A stretch of DNA of 64,000 nt from Actinomycetota bacterium (GTDB lineage Bacteria > Actinomycetota > Actinomycetes > S36-B12 > UBA5976): positions 16,869 through 80,868 of the forward strand of contig JAPLBY010000022.1 in the NCBI GenBank assembly GCA_026392515.1, given 5' to 3'. Positions 47,900-60,091 of this stretch are shown in pieces (position 1 is the stretch's first letter; each line of letters opens with the position of its first letter). The notes beneath the pieces are model-generated. The model did no database searches. It was not told the DNA's origin and saw only the letters and a program-made list of their open reading frames with translations. The position numbers and the translations under genes were made by a program.

Positions 47900-50131
47900 A
47901 TGACAACTGACTTATCAGCTGGCCTGCCGCTTGCCCTAGCAGAGCGTTTCCCACAGGGTTTAGAAACCCCAATTCCAGATCAACTTCGCGAAGTAATCGA
48001 TACCTTGCTCAAGTTCCATCCGGGCAGTGACGAGTCCGAGATCATTAGGGCATATCAAACTGCGGATTACTTCCACAGAGCCCAAAATCGCAAATCTGGC
48101 GAACAGTACATAACTCACCCAATCGCAGTTTCTGGAATGCTGGCTGATCTTGGTATGACATCGCCCACGATCATTGCCGCGTTGCTGCACGACACTGTTG
48201 AAGATACTGAATATGACCTGGAACATCTGCGAGTTGATTTCGGTGATGAAGTAGCTGGTTTAGTCGATGGCGTTACCAAGTTAGACAAAGTTAAGTATGG
48301 CCAGGCGTCTGCATCCGAAACTGTTCGCAAGATGGTAGTTGCAATGGCGCGGGACATTCGAGTTCTAGTTATCAAATTGGTCGACCGCCAACACAACATG
48401 CGAACACTTTCATATTTGTCACCCGAGAAGCAAGAGCAAAAGGCACGCGAAACTTTAGAGATTTATGCCCCGTTAGCTCACCGCCTAGGTATGAATTCAG
48501 TGAAGTGGGAACTTGAAGATTTAGCTTTTGCTTCGCTTTATCCAAAGATGAGTGACGAGATTGCCCGTTTGGTTTCGCAGCGCGCTCCAGCTCGCGATGA
48601 AAGCCTACAAACAATTGTTGACTTCGTTGACGCTGATCTTGCTGAGAACGAGGTTAAGGCGACGGTCAGTGGTCGCCCGAAACATTTCTATAGCATCTAC
48701 CAAAAGATGATTGTGCGCGGTCGTGATTTCGATGACATTTACGATTTGATCGGTGTTCGAATTCTGGTCGATAGCGTGCAAGATTGCTATGCCACTTTGG
48801 GAATCATCCATAATCGCTGGAATCCGGTGCCAGGCCGATTCAAGGACTACATCGCAATGCCAAAGTTCACGATGTATCAGTCACTTCATACAACAGTGAT
48901 TGGTCCAAACGGCAAGCCAGTTGAATTCCAAATTCGAACCCAAGAAATGCACCGGGCCGCTGAATATGGTGTGGCATCGCATTGGCGTTACAAGCAAGAC
49001 AAGGTAGCTGGCAAAGATGGACCAGATGACCTTGGTTGGGTGCGCCAACTTTTGGATTGGCAACGCGAAACTGCCGATCCAGGGGAGTTCCTTGATTCCT
49101 TGCGTGATGACTTAGGTGCAGCCGAAGTTTATGTATTCACTCCAAAGGGTGAAGTTATGGCGCTGCCAGCTGGAAGTACCCCGATTGACTTTGCATACAG
49201 CGTTCATACTGAAGTTGGAAATAGGTGCGTGGGTTCCCGTATCAATGGAAAACTTGCACCACTGGATACCAAGTTGGCCAACGGCGACAACGTAGAGATT
49301 ATCACCAATAAATCTGATTCAGCTGGCCCATCACGGGACTGGATCAACATCGTGGCTAGTGCCCGAGCCAAGTCCAAGATCAAGGCTTGGTTCTCCAAAG
49401 AGCGTCGTGAAGAAGCGATCGAAACTGGCAAAGTAGCAATAGTACGAGCCATGAAGAAAGGTGGCGTTCCGCTTCGGTTACTCACCAACAGCATGCTCAA
49501 CACGCTGGCATTGGAATCAAATTACGCAGACGTCAGTGCACTTTATGCAGCCGTTGGTGAAGGTCATTTGGGCGCCCAAACTGTAGTAACCAGATTGACT
49601 GCCTCCCTTGGTGGCGATGAAGGCTTAATCGAAGATGCTTCCGAGCAAGTATTGCCAAGTCGAGTGGCGAATCGTCGCGATGCAAAACCAGATCCTGGCA
49701 TTACCGTAATTGGCGCCGATGACACTTGGGTCAAATTGTCGCGATGCTGCACGCCAGTGCCAGGCGATGAAGTCCTTGGTTTCGTTACTCGTGGCTCCGG
49801 CATCTCAGTACACAGAACTGATTGCGTCAACGCTGATGATTTGCGAACTCAACCAGAACGTCTAGTTGAAGTAGCTTGGACGCCTGGTAAGAGCAGCATC
49901 TTCTTAGTGAACATTCAAGTTGAAGCACTCGATCGGGCCAGATTGCTTTCAGATGTTACCCGGGCACTATCAGATCAGCATGTGAACATTTTGAATGCGT
50001 CAGTTACTACAACAAAGGATCGCGTTGCCATCTCACGTTTCACATTCGAGATGGGGGACCCGTCACACTTGAATCAAGTGCTTCGTGCGGTAAAGGGTAT
50101 CGACGGCGTCTATGACGTCTATCGAGTTTGA
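47900..50131 (+). CDS. relA: Bifunctional (p)ppGpp synthetase/hydrolase RelA/SpoT family
   Basis: HD domain (HPIAV...LLHDTVEDT), synthetase motifs ([21 protein letters not shown]), and TGS and ACT domains. Confidence 0.95.
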   Translation: MTTDLSAGLPLALAERFPQGLETPIPDQLREVIDTLLKFHPGSDESEIIRAYQTADYFHRAQNRKSGEQYITHPIAVSGMLADLGMTSPTIIAALLHDTVEDTEYDLEHLRVDFGDEVAGLVDGVTKLDKVKYGQASASETVRKMVVAMARDIRVLVIKLVDRQHNMRTLSYLSPEKQEQKARETLEIYAPLAHRLGMNSVKWELEDLAFASLYPKMSDEIARLVSQRAPARDESLQTIVDFVDADLAENEVKATVSGRPKHFYSIYQKMIVRGRDFDDIYDLIGVRILVDSVQDCYATLGIIHNRWNPVPGRFKDYIAMPKFTMYQSLHTTVIGPNGKPVEFQIRTQEMHRAAEYGVASHWRYKQDKVAGKDGPDDLGWVRQLLDWQRETADPGEFLDSLRDDLGAAEVYVFTPKGEVMALPAGSTPIDFAYSVHTEVGNRCVGSRINGKLAPLDTKLANGDNVEIITNKSDSAGPSRDWINIVASARAKSKIKAWFSKERREEAIETGKVAIVRAMKKGGVPLRLLTNSMLNTLALESNYADVSALYAAVGEGHLGAQTVVTRLTASLGGDEGLIEDASEQVLPSRVANRRDAKPDPGITVIGADDTWVKLSRCCTPVPGDEVLGFVTRGSGISVHRTDCVNADDLRTQPERLVEVAWTPGKSSIFLVNIQVEALDRARLLSDVTRALSDQHVNILNASVTTTKDRVAISRFTFEMGDPSHLNQVLRAVKGIDGVYDVYRV

Positions 50132-50139
50132 GTTACTTC

Positions 50140-51369
50140 TTAACCTAAAGTTGCAGCGCCAGAGCGAGCAGCTTCTAGCAAACCTTGCGCTTGAGCAATT
50201 TGAGTCTCTAACTTAGAAACATCAGCAGTCTTACCTGCAGTTGCAGCGGCAGCTTTTTGCTTTTCAAGTTTTGCGATGCTCGCCTCAAACGAAGTAACAA
50301 GTGAATTAGCGCGATCCACAACCTCTGGCTTGGAGCGATGCCATTGTTCTTCCTGAAGGCTACGGATTGCATCTTCGACTGCCTTAAGTCGGCGTTCAAT
50401 CTTGTCTTTGTCGTTGCGCGGAACGTGTCCGGCCTTTTCCCAAGCTTCCTGAATCTCACGTAAGGCACCCTTGGCAGAGTCAACATTTGTGATTGGAAGT
50501 AAGGCTTCAGCTTTTTTGAGTAATTCAAGCTTGACTTCAAGATTCTTTGTGAATTCTTCATCACGAACGGAGTTGGCCGCATTGCGATTAGCAAAGAACT
50601 TATCTTGAGCGGTCTTGAATTCAGCCCAGAGCTTTTCTTCTTGGCCCTTGGCAGCACGCGCCGTAGCTTTCCATTCGTCCATAAGTTTCTTGTAGGCAGT
50701 TGTGGTGTTTGCCCACTCAGTAGATTCAGCTAACTCATCAGCTTTCTTGATCAAAGCTTTCTTGGCACTTACGGCCTCGGTACGACCTGCGTCCAAAGTG
50801 GAGAAATATGCGCGACGAGCCTTATCAAATGCAGATCTAGCGTGACTAAAGCGCTTCCAAAGTTCTTGTTCTTTGGCCCGATCAGCGTTTGGAAGTTTCT
50901 TCCACTGGTCAAGCAGCTCTTTGTACTTTTCGCCAGTAACTTTCCAAGCAGTGGAGTTTGCTAGCGATTCAGCCAGCGCAACGATTTCTTCTCGCTTAGC
51001 AAGGGCTGCGGCTTTAACCTCAGCTTTCTTTGCACTAGCAGCGGCCTTATGTTCTTCGAAACCAGCCAGCAAAGAATCCTTGCCAGCACGAATCTTGTCG
51101 AAGTCACCCAGCAAATTTGGATTTTCAATTGCCTTGTCGATCCGGTCAATCAAAGCGGTGATGGATTCAACATTGCCCTTGCCGTCTTTTAGACGAGCTG
51201 CGGCTAGTTCAATCTCAGAAACCAAGTCGTGATAGCGCTTAGTGAAGAACTCCAAGCCTTCATTTGGTTCGCCTGCTGCGTACTGACCAATCTTGGTGGG
51301 CCCGGAAGGAGCATTTAGGAATACGTTTCCTTTGTCATCTACATAGCCAAACTCGTTAGTTGTTGTCAT
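50140..51369 (-). CDS. DUF349 repeat protein
   Basis: Repeated helical units with W..F...F...R (LWKRFSHARSAFDKARRAYF, LWAEFKTAQDKFFANRNA). Confidence 0.8.
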   Translation of the reverse strand: MTTTNEFGYVDDKGNVFLNAPSGPTKIGQYAAGEPNEGLEFFTKRYHDLVSEIELAAARLKDGKGNVESITALIDRIDKAIENPNLLGDFDKIRAGKDSLLAGFEEHKAAASAKKAEVKAAALAKREEIVALAESLANSTAWKVTGEKYKELLDQWKKLPNADRAKEQELWKRFSHARSAFDKARRAYFSTLDAGRTEAVSAKKALIKKADELAESTEWANTTTAYKKLMDEWKATARAAKGQEEKLWAEFKTAQDKFFANRNAANSVRDEEFTKNLEVKLELLKKAEALLPITNVDSAKGALREIQEAWEKAGHVPRNDKDKIERRLKAVEDAIRSLQEEQWHRSKPEVVDRANSLVTSFEASIAKLEKQKAAAATAGKTADVSKLETQIAQAQGLLEAARSGAATLG

Positions 51370-51419
51370 GACGTGTCCTTTTGTTCGGGTCCCTTATGGG
51401 CTCTTGGTGTGCCATCCAA

Positions 51420-52220
51420 TTATGGCGTAGTTGAAGCCTTGCTAATAACGACTGCTTGGCTAGGTAATCCATCACTAGATCCATCTAAAACCCCAGCGGA
51501 TGCAACGTTATCGAGTACATCTAAGCCTTCAGTGATGTTTCCCCAGACCGAATAGTTCGGTGGCAATGGTGAATCTTGGTAGACCAAGAAGAACTGGCTG
51601 CCGTTTGTATTAGGACCACTATTCGCCATGGCAACTGTGCCGCGCGGATAAATGTAGTTGCCATCGGCCCCTGCAGTTGGCAAGTTTTCATCTGCAAAGC
51701 TAAAGCCTGGACTTCCAGTGCCGTCCCCAGCAGGATCGCCACACTGAAGTACAAAGATTCCTTGAGTGGTTAATCGGTGGCACGAAGTGTTGTTGTAAAA
51801 GCCTTGGTTAGCAAGCCAAGCGATAGTTCCAACCGTTGTTGGTGCCTTGGCATCCGTTGCAAACTTAATCGAGCCACAGTTTGTTTCGATGCTGAATTCA
51901 CTGGCAGTTGGCAAGTCAGCTGTAGCACTTCCAAAAGTAATGTTGTTGGCTCTAACCTGAACTGGTTCCTGGCAACCCTCGATCGGGGCATTAGTTGAAA
52001 TTGCGACCGGCTCAGGCTGAGTTGAAGCGCTGGCGGCCGGATCGGCAATAATCTCTTCAGATTGACCATTTTGATATGTGGCAAAGCCGATTAAGCCAAC
52101 AAACAGCAACCCGAGTACCACGACGCTGACAAAGCGGTCACGCACCTTGCGGTGGGCACGACGTTCTTGCTGACGCGCAAATTTGGCTCGGGCTAGTTCA
52201 CGTTCTCGTTTTGAAGGCAC
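51420..52220 (-). CDS. Membrane-anchored cyclophilin-type peptidyl-prolyl cis-trans isomerase
   Basis: N-terminal basic segment plus a TM helix. Cyclophilin motifs FHRL-like (CHRLTTQGIFVLQCGDP), MANSGPNTNGSQFF and VWGNITEG. Confidence 0.9.
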   Translation of the reverse strand: MPSKRERELARAKFARQQERRAHRKVRDRFVSVVVLGLLFVGLIGFATYQNGQSEEIIADPAASASTQPEPVAISTNAPIEGCQEPVQVRANNITFGSATADLPTASEFSIETNCGSIKFATDAKAPTTVGTIAWLANQGFYNNTSCHRLTTQGIFVLQCGDPAGDGTGSPGFSFADENLPTAGADGNYIYPRGTVAMANSGPNTNGSQFFLVYQDSPLPPNYSVWGNITEGLDVLDNVASAGVLDGSSDGLPSQAVVISKASTTP

Positions 52221-52300
52221 AATTCATCATTCTACGGTGCCCTAGATATGAGCAAATTCGCGGTAGCCTAGGGGAATTCCGAGTAACAGGTGCGTGGGTA

Positions 52301-52990
52301 ATGTTAATTAAGAGCTTTGGTGCTGGTCCGTGGCAGACCAATTGCTATGTAATAGCGCCAAGTGCCAACTCAGAGTGCATAATCATCGATCCAGGCTTAG
52401 GCAGTGCACCTGGAATCAAAGAGATCATCGCGGAACACAATTTGAAGCCAATTGCCACAATGTTGACGCACGGTCATATCGATCACATGTGGTCAATTTT
52501 TCCAGTTGCAACTGGATATGGAATTCCCGCCTACATTCATGGCTCAGACCGATTCTTGCTAAATGATCCCGGTGCCGGTGTTTCGGTTGAAACTAAGAAT
52601 GCCCTGATGGAAATGATGGCAAGTGATGACGTATTTGCTGAGCCTGAAGACACCAGAGAAGTTACCGATCAGATGACAATGGAGTTAGCCGGATTGAAAT
52701 TCACCGTGCTGCATGCTCCTGGTCACACGCAAGGTTCGATTCTGTTTGATTTCGACGGTGACGTGAACCATGTGTTTACTGGAGACGTACTTTTTGCCGG
52801 CGCAATTGGACGAACGGATCTGCCAGGTAGCTCTCCTGCAGACATGGACACTTCGTTACGCGACGTAGTTTTGAACTTACCTGACTCATCATTGGTATTC
52901 CCAGGCCATGGTCCAGCCAGCAACATGACAGTAGAAAAAAGCAACAATGAATATTTATTGCGTGTTGCTAAAGGTCTTAGCGCAATATGA
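52301..52990 (+). CDS. MBL-fold metallo-hydrolase (glyoxalase II-like)
   Basis: Contains THGHIDH, HAPGHTQGS and GRTDLPG. Start at ATG 52301 (MLIKSFG...); the ORF-track start 52211 overlaps the divergent PPIase gene. Confidence 0.8.
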   Translation: MLIKSFGAGPWQTNCYVIAPSANSECIIIDPGLGSAPGIKEIIAEHNLKPIATMLTHGHIDHMWSIFPVATGYGIPAYIHGSDRFLLNDPGAGVSVETKNALMEMMASDDVFAEPEDTREVTDQMTMELAGLKFTVLHAPGHTQGSILFDFDGDVNHVFTGDVLFAGAIGRTDLPGSSPADMDTSLRDVVLNLPDSSLVFPGHGPASNMTVEKSNNEYLLRVAKGLSAI

Positions 52991-54252
52991 CCGAGTTATT
53001 TAGGGCTCCAAAAGGAACCTACGATGTCATACCGCCGTTCTCGGCGCTGTGGTTAAAAGTTCGTGATGCACTGTCGACGCCACCGAGAAACTCTGGCTAC
53101 GGATACATCGAAACTCCGATTTTTGAAGACACAGCTCTTTTTGTTCGAGGTGTTGGTGAATCGACTGATGTGGTTTCAAAAGAGATGTACACCTTCGAAG
53201 ATAAAGGTGGACGCAGCCTCACATTAAAACCCGAAGGTACGGCTGGCGTTCTTCGCGCAATGTTGGAGAACCGAATGGATCGGGGAGCCTTACCTGCAAA
53301 AGTTTGGTACACGGGTCCGCACTTTAGATACGAACAGCCACAATCAGGTCGATACCGTCAACATACGCAAGTTGGCGTGGAGACCATTGGATCTTCTGAT
53401 CCCGCACTTGATGCTGAAGTAATTTGGATGGCACATCACGCGCAACGAAACATTTTGGGACTTAAGCAAGTTCGAATCTTAGTTAACTCACTCGGTTGCC
53501 ATGAATGTCGTCCTGACTATCGCCAGAAGCTAGTTGAGTTCTTGAATAAGTGTGATTTGGATGAGGCAACCCGAGCTCGCGCCGAGATAAACCCATTACG
53601 AGTTCTCGACGACAAGCGCCAAGTAGTTCAAGATCAACTTAAAGACGCGCCATTGATGCCAGACAACTTATGTGCGACATGTTCTGAACATCATGAAAAA
53701 GTCCTCGGATATCTAGATGTCTTGGGCGTGCAGTACGAAAAAGCCCCACGCTTAGTTCGCGGTTTGGATTATTACGTGCGAACTACATTTGAATGCGTTC
53801 ACGATGGCTTGGGCGCCCAATCTGCAATTGGTGGCGGTGGTCGTTACGACGGTTTGATCGAAACTCTTGGAGGTCCAGCCATTGGTGGCGTGGGCTTTGG
53901 TTTAGGTGTGGATCGAACCTGTCTTGCAGTGCAAGCAGAAGGATTGAAGCTGGTTGATGAAGCCAGCGCCGAAGTGTTCTTGATTCCAGTTGGCCAAGAA
54001 GCAATTACCAAAGTCGTGGGACTAGCAGGGGAGATTAGGGCTGCTGGAATCAATGTTGACATTGCTTATGACGGCAGATCCATCAAGGCTGCCATGAAGA
54101 GTGCGGATCGAAGCGGTGCGAAGTTTGCAGTGATCATTGGCGAAGATGAGATGGCTAGCTCAACTGCGGTTGTTAAAAACCTCGTAGATGGATCACAAGA
54201 GAGCCTGGCCGTAGAATCACTAGTAAGTGTTTTGCTCGATCGAATCAAATAG
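52987..54252 (+). CDS. hisS: Histidine--tRNA ligase
   Basis: Contains PKGTYD, LKPEGTAGVLRA, FRYEQPQSGRYRQH and GGGRYDGL. The ATG overlaps the previous stop (ATGA). Confidence 0.96.
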   Translation: MTELFRAPKGTYDVIPPFSALWLKVRDALSTPPRNSGYGYIETPIFEDTALFVRGVGESTDVVSKEMYTFEDKGGRSLTLKPEGTAGVLRAMLENRMDRGALPAKVWYTGPHFRYEQPQSGRYRQHTQVGVETIGSSDPALDAEVIWMAHHAQRNILGLKQVRILVNSLGCHECRPDYRQKLVEFLNKCDLDEATRARAEINPLRVLDDKRQVVQDQLKDAPLMPDNLCATCSEHHEKVLGYLDVLGVQYEKAPRLVRGLDYYVRTTFECVHDGLGAQSAIGGGGRYDGLIETLGGPAIGGVGFGLGVDRTCLAVQAEGLKLVDEASAEVFLIPVGQEAITKVVGLAGEIRAAGINVDIAYDGRSIKAAMKSADRSGAKFAVIIGEDEMASSTAVVKNLVDGSQESLAVESLVSVLLDRIK

Positions 54253-54271
54253 TCCAATTAAGGAACCTTAA

Positions 54272-56017
54272 ATGCTAAGAACTACCAATGCCGGCGCGCT
54301 CCGTTTAAGCGATGCTGGTTCGCAAGTCACTTTGGCTGGATGGGTAGGCAAACGCCGCGACCATGGTGGCATTGCATTTCTAGACCTTCGCGATTCAACT
54401 GGCACAGTTCAAGTTGTCGTTCGTGATGAAGCCGTTGCCGGAGAACTCCGATCTGAGTTCTGTCTACAAATCATCGGCACAGTTGAGGCACGTCCAGCTG
54501 GAAACGAAAACCCAGAGATTCAGACTGGCGAGATTGAAGTCATTGCAGATTCTGTTGTTGTACTGAGTAAGAGTGCGCCGCTTCCGTTCCCAATTGATGA
54601 TGCGATCACAGTTGGTGAAGAAACACGTTTGAAGTATCGTTACTTAGATTTACGTCGTCCAGCAGCTGGCAACATCTTACGAATGCGAAGTGACGTCAAC
54701 CGATTAGCGCGCGAAGTTTTGCACGATCGCAACTTTGTTGAAATTGAAACCCCAACACTTACTCGCAGCACACCTGAAGGTGCTCGTGACTTCTTAGTCC
54801 CAGTTCGATTGCAGCCTGGACATTGGTACGCCTTGCCACAAAGCCCGCAGTTGTTCAAGCAACTTCTGATGGTGGCTGGCATGGAACGCTACTACCAGAT
54901 CGCTAGATGTTACCGAGATGAAGATTTCCGCAAGGATCGTCAACCAGAATTTACTCAGCTCGATATTGAAATGAGCTTCGTGGAGCAAGAGGACATCCTA
55001 GAAGTCGGCGAAGCAATCGTTCGCAAACTTTGGCAAGGAACTTTGGATTACACAATCGGTGACATTCCGCGCATGACTTACTTTGATGCGATGGATAAGT
55101 ACGGTTCTGATAAACCAGATCTACGTTTTGATATTGAATTGTCTGACTGCACTGCTTATTTCAAGAACACTGAATTCAGAGTGTTCCAGAATGAGTATGT
55201 CGGCGCAGTTGTAATGCCTGGTGGAGCCGATCAACCACGTAGAGCATTTGATGCTTGGCAAGAATGGGCGAAGCAACGCGGCGCTAAAGGTTTGGCCTAC
55301 GTAACTTTTGACGCTGATGTAACTCTCGGTGGACCGGTTGCAAAGAATCTTTCTGATGAAGAACGATCAGGACTGGCTGCACACTTAGGAGCTAAGCCTG
55401 GGGATTGTGCATTCTTTGGTGCGGGCGAGAAGTCCAACACTCAGCAGTTGTTAGGCGCAGTTCGACAAGAAGTTGGCGAGCGTTGTGGACTGATCGACGA
55501 GAGTCAATGGTCTTTCCTTTGGATTGTTGATGCTCCAATGTTTGAAAAGACCGATGACGGCGGCTGGACTGCAGTGCACCACCCATTCACTTCACCAAAT
55601 TCAGAATGGGTTGACCGGTTTGAAGAAGCGCCAGATAAAGCTTTGGCGTGGGCTTATGACATTGTTTGCAACGGCAATGAAATTGGTGGCGGTTCAATTC
55701 GTATCCACCGAAGTGATGTGCAAGAGCGAGTCTTTAGTTTGCTTGGTCTAAGCGACGAAGAAACGCGTGAGAAGTTTGGCTTCTTACTTGATGCATTTGC
55801 TTACGGGCCACCACCACATGGCGGTATTGCTTTTGGTTGGGATCGTATTTGCATGCTGCTTTCTGGCGCTACCAGTCTGCGTGACGTGATTGCATTCCCG
55901 AAGACTGGCGCTGGCTTTGATCCATTAACTAGTGCACCAACTCCAATCACAGATCAACAGCGACTTGAAGCTGGGATTGACGCAGATCCATTCGCTCAAG
56001 ACGCTAGCGATGACTGA
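54272..56017 (+). CDS. aspS: Aspartate--tRNA ligase
   Basis: OB-fold N-terminus. Contains [43 protein letters not shown] and GGIAFGWDR. Confidence 0.97.
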   Translation: MLRTTNAGALRLSDAGSQVTLAGWVGKRRDHGGIAFLDLRDSTGTVQVVVRDEAVAGELRSEFCLQIIGTVEARPAGNENPEIQTGEIEVIADSVVVLSKSAPLPFPIDDAITVGEETRLKYRYLDLRRPAAGNILRMRSDVNRLAREVLHDRNFVEIETPTLTRSTPEGARDFLVPVRLQPGHWYALPQSPQLFKQLLMVAGMERYYQIARCYRDEDFRKDRQPEFTQLDIEMSFVEQEDILEVGEAIVRKLWQGTLDYTIGDIPRMTYFDAMDKYGSDKPDLRFDIELSDCTAYFKNTEFRVFQNEYVGAVVMPGGADQPRRAFDAWQEWAKQRGAKGLAYVTFDADVTLGGPVAKNLSDEERSGLAAHLGAKPGDCAFFGAGEKSNTQQLLGAVRQEVGERCGLIDESQWSFLWIVDAPMFEKTDDGGWTAVHHPFTSPNSEWVDRFEEAPDKALAWAYDIVCNGNEIGGGSIRIHRSDVQERVFSLLGLSDEETREKFGFLLDAFAYGPPPHGGIAFGWDRICMLLSGATSLRDVIAFPKTGAGFDPLTSAPTPITDQQRLEAGIDADPFAQDASDD

Positions 56018-57329
56018 TTCGCTTTTTGATCAAGAATCTGGCGGTTCGCCGCTAGCGGTTCGAATGCGCCCACGCACTCTTGATGAGTTCGTTGGTCAAC
56101 GTAAAGCGATTGCAAAGGGAAGCCCATTACATAAGCTCCTGCAGCCGAATGACGTTGATACCAAGTCATCAGTGATTCTTTGGGGTCCACCCGGAACTGG
56201 CAAGACAACTTTGGCGCAACTAATTGCCAGAGCAGGCTCAGCAAAGTTTATGGAGCTCTCGGCAATTAATGCTGGAGTTAAAGATGTCCGAGAAGTAATC
56301 ACGGCAGCGCAAGAGAATAAATCGCTTTATGGTGTTTCAACAGTGCTATTTGTTGATGAAGTGCATCGCTTCAATAAAACGCAGCAGGATGCACTGTTAC
56401 CAGGAGTTGAAAACGGTTGGGTAACTCTGGTCGCTGCTACTACCGAGAACCCATCCTTCTCAGTTATTGCTCCACTGATGTCACGTTCGCTTCTAGTGAC
56501 ATTGTCTGAGTTAGATGAAGGCGAGATCACCAATGTCATCACCCGCGCGATTTCAGATCCACGTGGCCTAAACGACGCAGTCACGATTACTTCTGATGCA
56601 CTCGAAATGTTAATTCGATTAGCAGGTGGGGACGCTAGGCGAGCTTTAACAGTTCTGGAAGCGGCAGCGGGAGTGGCGCTTGAAAATTCGCATTCCGAGA
56701 TTACAGTTGATGACATTAGTTCAGCAAGTGATCACAACGTTGTGCGATACGACAAAGCTGGAGATCAGCACTACGACATTATTAGTGCTTACATCAAATC
56801 GATTCGTGGATCTGATCCAGACGCTGCGCTGCATTACTTAGCACGGATGCTTGAAGCTGGTGAGGACCCAAGATTCATTGCTCGTCGATTAATGATTAGC
56901 GCCAGCGAAGACATTGGACTTGCTGACAATTCGATGTTGTCGCTAGCAGTATCGGCAGCCCAGACTGTGGCACTCATTGGTATGCCAGAAGCTCGAATCA
57001 CTTTGTCGCAAGCAACTATTGCGCTGGCTCTTGCGCCGAAATCGAACAGTGCCTATCTGGCAATTGATCGAGCAATTGATGACATTAGAACTGGCGACAT
57101 CGGAACTGTTCCAGCTCATCTGCGGGACTCGCACTATGCGCGGGCCGGAGATTTAGGCCATGGTGTTGGGTACTCGTATCCACACAATGAGGCGGCTGGA
57201 GTGAGTGAACAGGTTTATCTGCCAGATCCGTTGACCCATGCCAAGTACTACCAACCAACTGATCGTGGTGAGGAAGCAGTATTGAGTCAGGTTTGGAGCA
57301 AAATTCGTTCCATTCTGGGTAGGGATTAA
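56010..57329 (+). CDS. rarA: Replication-associated recombination protein A (RarA/MgsA AAA+ ATPase)
   Basis: Contains [16 protein letters not shown], Walker [21 protein letters not shown] and a MgsA C-terminal domain ([32 protein letters not shown]). ATG 56010 overlaps the aspS end. Confidence 0.93.
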   Translation: MTDSLFDQESGGSPLAVRMRPRTLDEFVGQRKAIAKGSPLHKLLQPNDVDTKSSVILWGPPGTGKTTLAQLIARAGSAKFMELSAINAGVKDVREVITAAQENKSLYGVSTVLFVDEVHRFNKTQQDALLPGVENGWVTLVAATTENPSFSVIAPLMSRSLLVTLSELDEGEITNVITRAISDPRGLNDAVTITSDALEMLIRLAGGDARRALTVLEAAAGVALENSHSEITVDDISSASDHNVVRYDKAGDQHYDIISAYIKSIRGSDPDAALHYLARMLEAGEDPRFIARRLMISASEDIGLADNSMLSLAVSAAQTVALIGMPEARITLSQATIALALAPKSNSAYLAIDRAIDDIRTGDIGTVPAHLRDSHYARAGDLGHGVGYSYPHNEAAGVSEQVYLPDPLTHAKYYQPTDRGEEAVLSQVWSKIRSILGRD

Positions 57330-57427
57330 GCCGAAACCTACTTAGTTCGTTAGGGTTTAGGGGATAGCGCGCCAGATTTGTGGGTTTTTACTAACAAACT
57401 GACACTAAATAGAAAGAGTTGATAGCA

Positions 57428-60088
57428 GTGGAATCCGCTGAAATTCGATCCAGATTTTTGAACTACTTTGAGTCCAAAGGTCACACGGTCGTGCCTAGCG
57501 CCAGTCTGCTACTTGATGATCCAACGCTTTTGTTTGTTAACGCGGGAATGGTTCCATTCAAGCCATATTTCTTAGGTGAAGCTGCGCCGCCTTACCCGCG
57601 CGCAGTCTCTGCGCAAAAAGTCGTTAGAACTTTAGATATTGAAGAAGTAGGCAAGACCACTCGCCATGCTTCGTTTTTCCAAATGTGTGGAAACTTTTCC
57701 TTTGGTGACTACTTCAAAGAGCAAGCAATTCCATATGCCTGGGAATTACTAACCTCACCAGTGTCTGCAGGTGGCTACGGCTTCCCAGAAGACAAGCTTT
57801 GGGTAACTGTTTATTTAGATGATGACGAGAGCGTAGACATCTGGCACAAAGTTGTCGGTGTACCTATGGAGCGAATTCAACGCCGCGACATGGCCGATAA
57901 CTATTGGTCAATGGGTGTGCCTGGACCATGTGGACCGTGTTCGGAGATTTATTACGATCGCGGACCTGAACATGGCCGTGAAGGTGGACCGATTGCGGAT
58001 GAAACAAGATATCTAGAAGTTTGGAATCTTGTGTTCATGCAATTTGAACGCGGCGAAGGACCTGGCAAAGAGAACTTCCCAATTCTTGGCGAACTTCCGT
58101 CAAAGAGCATTGATACTGGAATGGGTCTTGAGCGAATGGCTGCGTTGCTTCAAGGCGTAGACAACATTTATGAGATCGACACAACGCGAATCATTTTGGA
58201 TCGCGCCAGCGAGCTAAGTGGTCGCAAGTACGGTGCTGATCCAAAGTCTGATGTTGCCTTACGCGTAGTTGCTGACCACGCGCGAACTTGTGCCTTCCTA
58301 ATTGCTGATGGAGTACTTCCTGGAAACGAAGGTCGCGGATACGTTTTGCGACGCATCCTGCGTCGTGTGGTTCGCAATATGCGCTTACTTGGAACGAACG
58401 AGCCTTCGATGAAGGAACTTATTGCAGCCAGCATTACTGCAATGGCACCGCAGTACCCAGAGTTACTGAACGAACAAGGCCGCATTATGTCGATCGCGGC
58501 TGCCGAAGAAGAAACTTTCTTGAGCACACTTGAGCGCGGCACTTCAATGTTTGATTTAGCAGCAGCGGATTTGAAATCAACTAAGACAAAGGTGCTTAGT
58601 GGCGACTCGGCTTTCGCGCTGCATGACACATTTGGATTCCCAATCGACCTAACTCTCGAGATGGCAGCCGAACAGGGTTTAAGTGTTGATGAAGAAGGCT
58701 TCCGACGCTTAATGCAAGAGCAGCGTTCCCGCGCTAAGGCAGACTCAGTTGCTCGAAAGAGTGGCGTTGCCGCAGTTACAGTTTATCGCGACATCATGGG
58801 TAAGTCCGGCGTAACTAAGTTCACTGGTTACACCGAAACTCAAACTGAGAGCGTTGTAACTGGACTTGTTGTTGATGGCGTGGATGTTAACAGCGCAGTC
58901 GAAGGCGATGAAGTTGAAGTACTGACGGATCGCACTTCGTTTTATGCTGAAGGTGGCGGTCAGCTCGCTGATCATGGCCGGATCACACTTGGTGACGGTT
59001 CCGTAATCGAAGTCTCCGATGTCCAAACTCCAGTCCCAGGACTTTATGTTCACCGTGGTCGAGTTTTGTCGGGTGCACCAACGGTTGGCGCAAGCGCACT
59101 TACCCAAGTGGATGTTCAGCGCAGGCTAGCAATTTCCCGCGCTCACACTGCAACACACATGGTTCATAAAGCATTCCGTGAAGCACTGGGCGAGACTGCA
59201 ACTCAAATGGGTTCCGAGAACTCACCAGGTCGCTTCCGATTTGATTTCCCAAGTGCCGGAGCTGTTCCGCAATCAGTACTTTCAGATGTCGAAGCTCGGG
59301 TTAACGAAGTATTGCTTGACAACTTGCTAGTTACTGCAGAATTAATGACGCAAGAACAGGCTCGAGCAACTGGAGCCATGGCGCTGTTTGGTGAAAAGTA
59401 TGGCGACCAAGTCCGCGTTGTCAGCGTCGGTGATTGGGCTCGGGAACTTTGCGGTGGCACCCATACCGAACGTTCAGGGCAACTAGGCGTTATCACTTTC
59501 TTGTCTGAGAGCTCTATTGGAGCTGGAGTACGACGCGTGGAAGCACTCGTTGGTGCAGACGCTTACCGATACTTGGCCCGAGAACATCATCTAGTCGGTC
59601 AACTCTCTGAGATGACAAAGGTGCGAGCTGAGGAATTGCCTGAGCGAATTTCCAAAATGATGGAACGTTTGAAGGCCGCGGAAAAGGAAATTGCAAAAGC
59701 CCGAACTGCAGCGCTTACTAGCAACATTGAGTCACTTGTTGGTGAAGCTGTGCGTGTTGGTGAAGTTTCGCTGTACAGGTTCACAGCACCAACCGGAACT
59801 TCAGCAGGCGACCTGCGTGATTTAATGACCAATGCGAAAGGCAGCATCAAGACTTCGAACTTTGTACTAGTTGGCGCAACAATTGAAGATGACAAAGTTG
59901 CCGTCGTGGTAACAACTGATTCGGCTGCGCGTGATGCAGGCGCATCGGCTGCTGCAGTTCTTAAAGCGATGCTTCCAGCTCTGGATGGTAAAGGTGGCGG
60001 AAGTCCTGAGATGGCACAGGGTGGCGGCTCGGGTGTGGCAAATCTCGACTCTGCATTCACCGCAGCAGCCAGCGGGATTAGCAGCTAG
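57428..60088 (+). CDS. alaS: Alanine--tRNA ligase
   Basis: Contains FLNYFESKGH, FVNAGM, FFQMCGNFSFGDYFK, the editing-domain HTATH motif and the C-terminal DHHA1 (GGGSPEMAQGGG). GTG 57428 is preferred (AGAAAGAG 9 nt upstream); TTG 57419 is possible. Confidence 0.96.
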   Translation: MESAEIRSRFLNYFESKGHTVVPSASLLLDDPTLLFVNAGMVPFKPYFLGEAAPPYPRAVSAQKVVRTLDIEEVGKTTRHASFFQMCGNFSFGDYFKEQAIPYAWELLTSPVSAGGYGFPEDKLWVTVYLDDDESVDIWHKVVGVPMERIQRRDMADNYWSMGVPGPCGPCSEIYYDRGPEHGREGGPIADETRYLEVWNLVFMQFERGEGPGKENFPILGELPSKSIDTGMGLERMAALLQGVDNIYEIDTTRIILDRASELSGRKYGADPKSDVALRVVADHARTCAFLIADGVLPGNEGRGYVLRRILRRVVRNMRLLGTNEPSMKELIAASITAMAPQYPELLNEQGRIMSIAAAEEETFLSTLERGTSMFDLAAADLKSTKTKVLSGDSAFALHDTFGFPIDLTLEMAAEQGLSVDEEGFRRLMQEQRSRAKADSVARKSGVAAVTVYRDIMGKSGVTKFTGYTETQTESVVTGLVVDGVDVNSAVEGDEVEVLTDRTSFYAEGGGQLADHGRITLGDGSVIEVSDVQTPVPGLYVHRGRVLSGAPTVGASALTQVDVQRRLAISRAHTATHMVHKAFREALGETATQMGSENSPGRFRFDFPSAGAVPQSVLSDVEARVNEVLLDNLLVTAELMTQEQARATGAMALFGEKYGDQVRVVSVGDWARELCGGTHTERSGQLGVITFLSESSIGAGVRRVEALVGADAYRYLAREHHLVGQLSEMTKVRAEELPERISKMMERLKAAEKEIAKARTAALTSNIESLVGEAVRVGEVSLYRFTAPTGTSAGDLRDLMTNAKGSIKTSNFVLVGATIEDDKVAVVVTTDSAARDAGASAAAVLKAMLPALDGKGGGSPEMAQGGGSGVANLDSAFTAAASGISS

Positions 60089-60091
60089 TAA

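Noticed and set aside
57334-57358. Possible hairpin after rarA (AAACC...GGTTT)
   Set aside because: The stem is only about 5-6 bp with a mismatch and has no T-run, so I do not call it a terminator.
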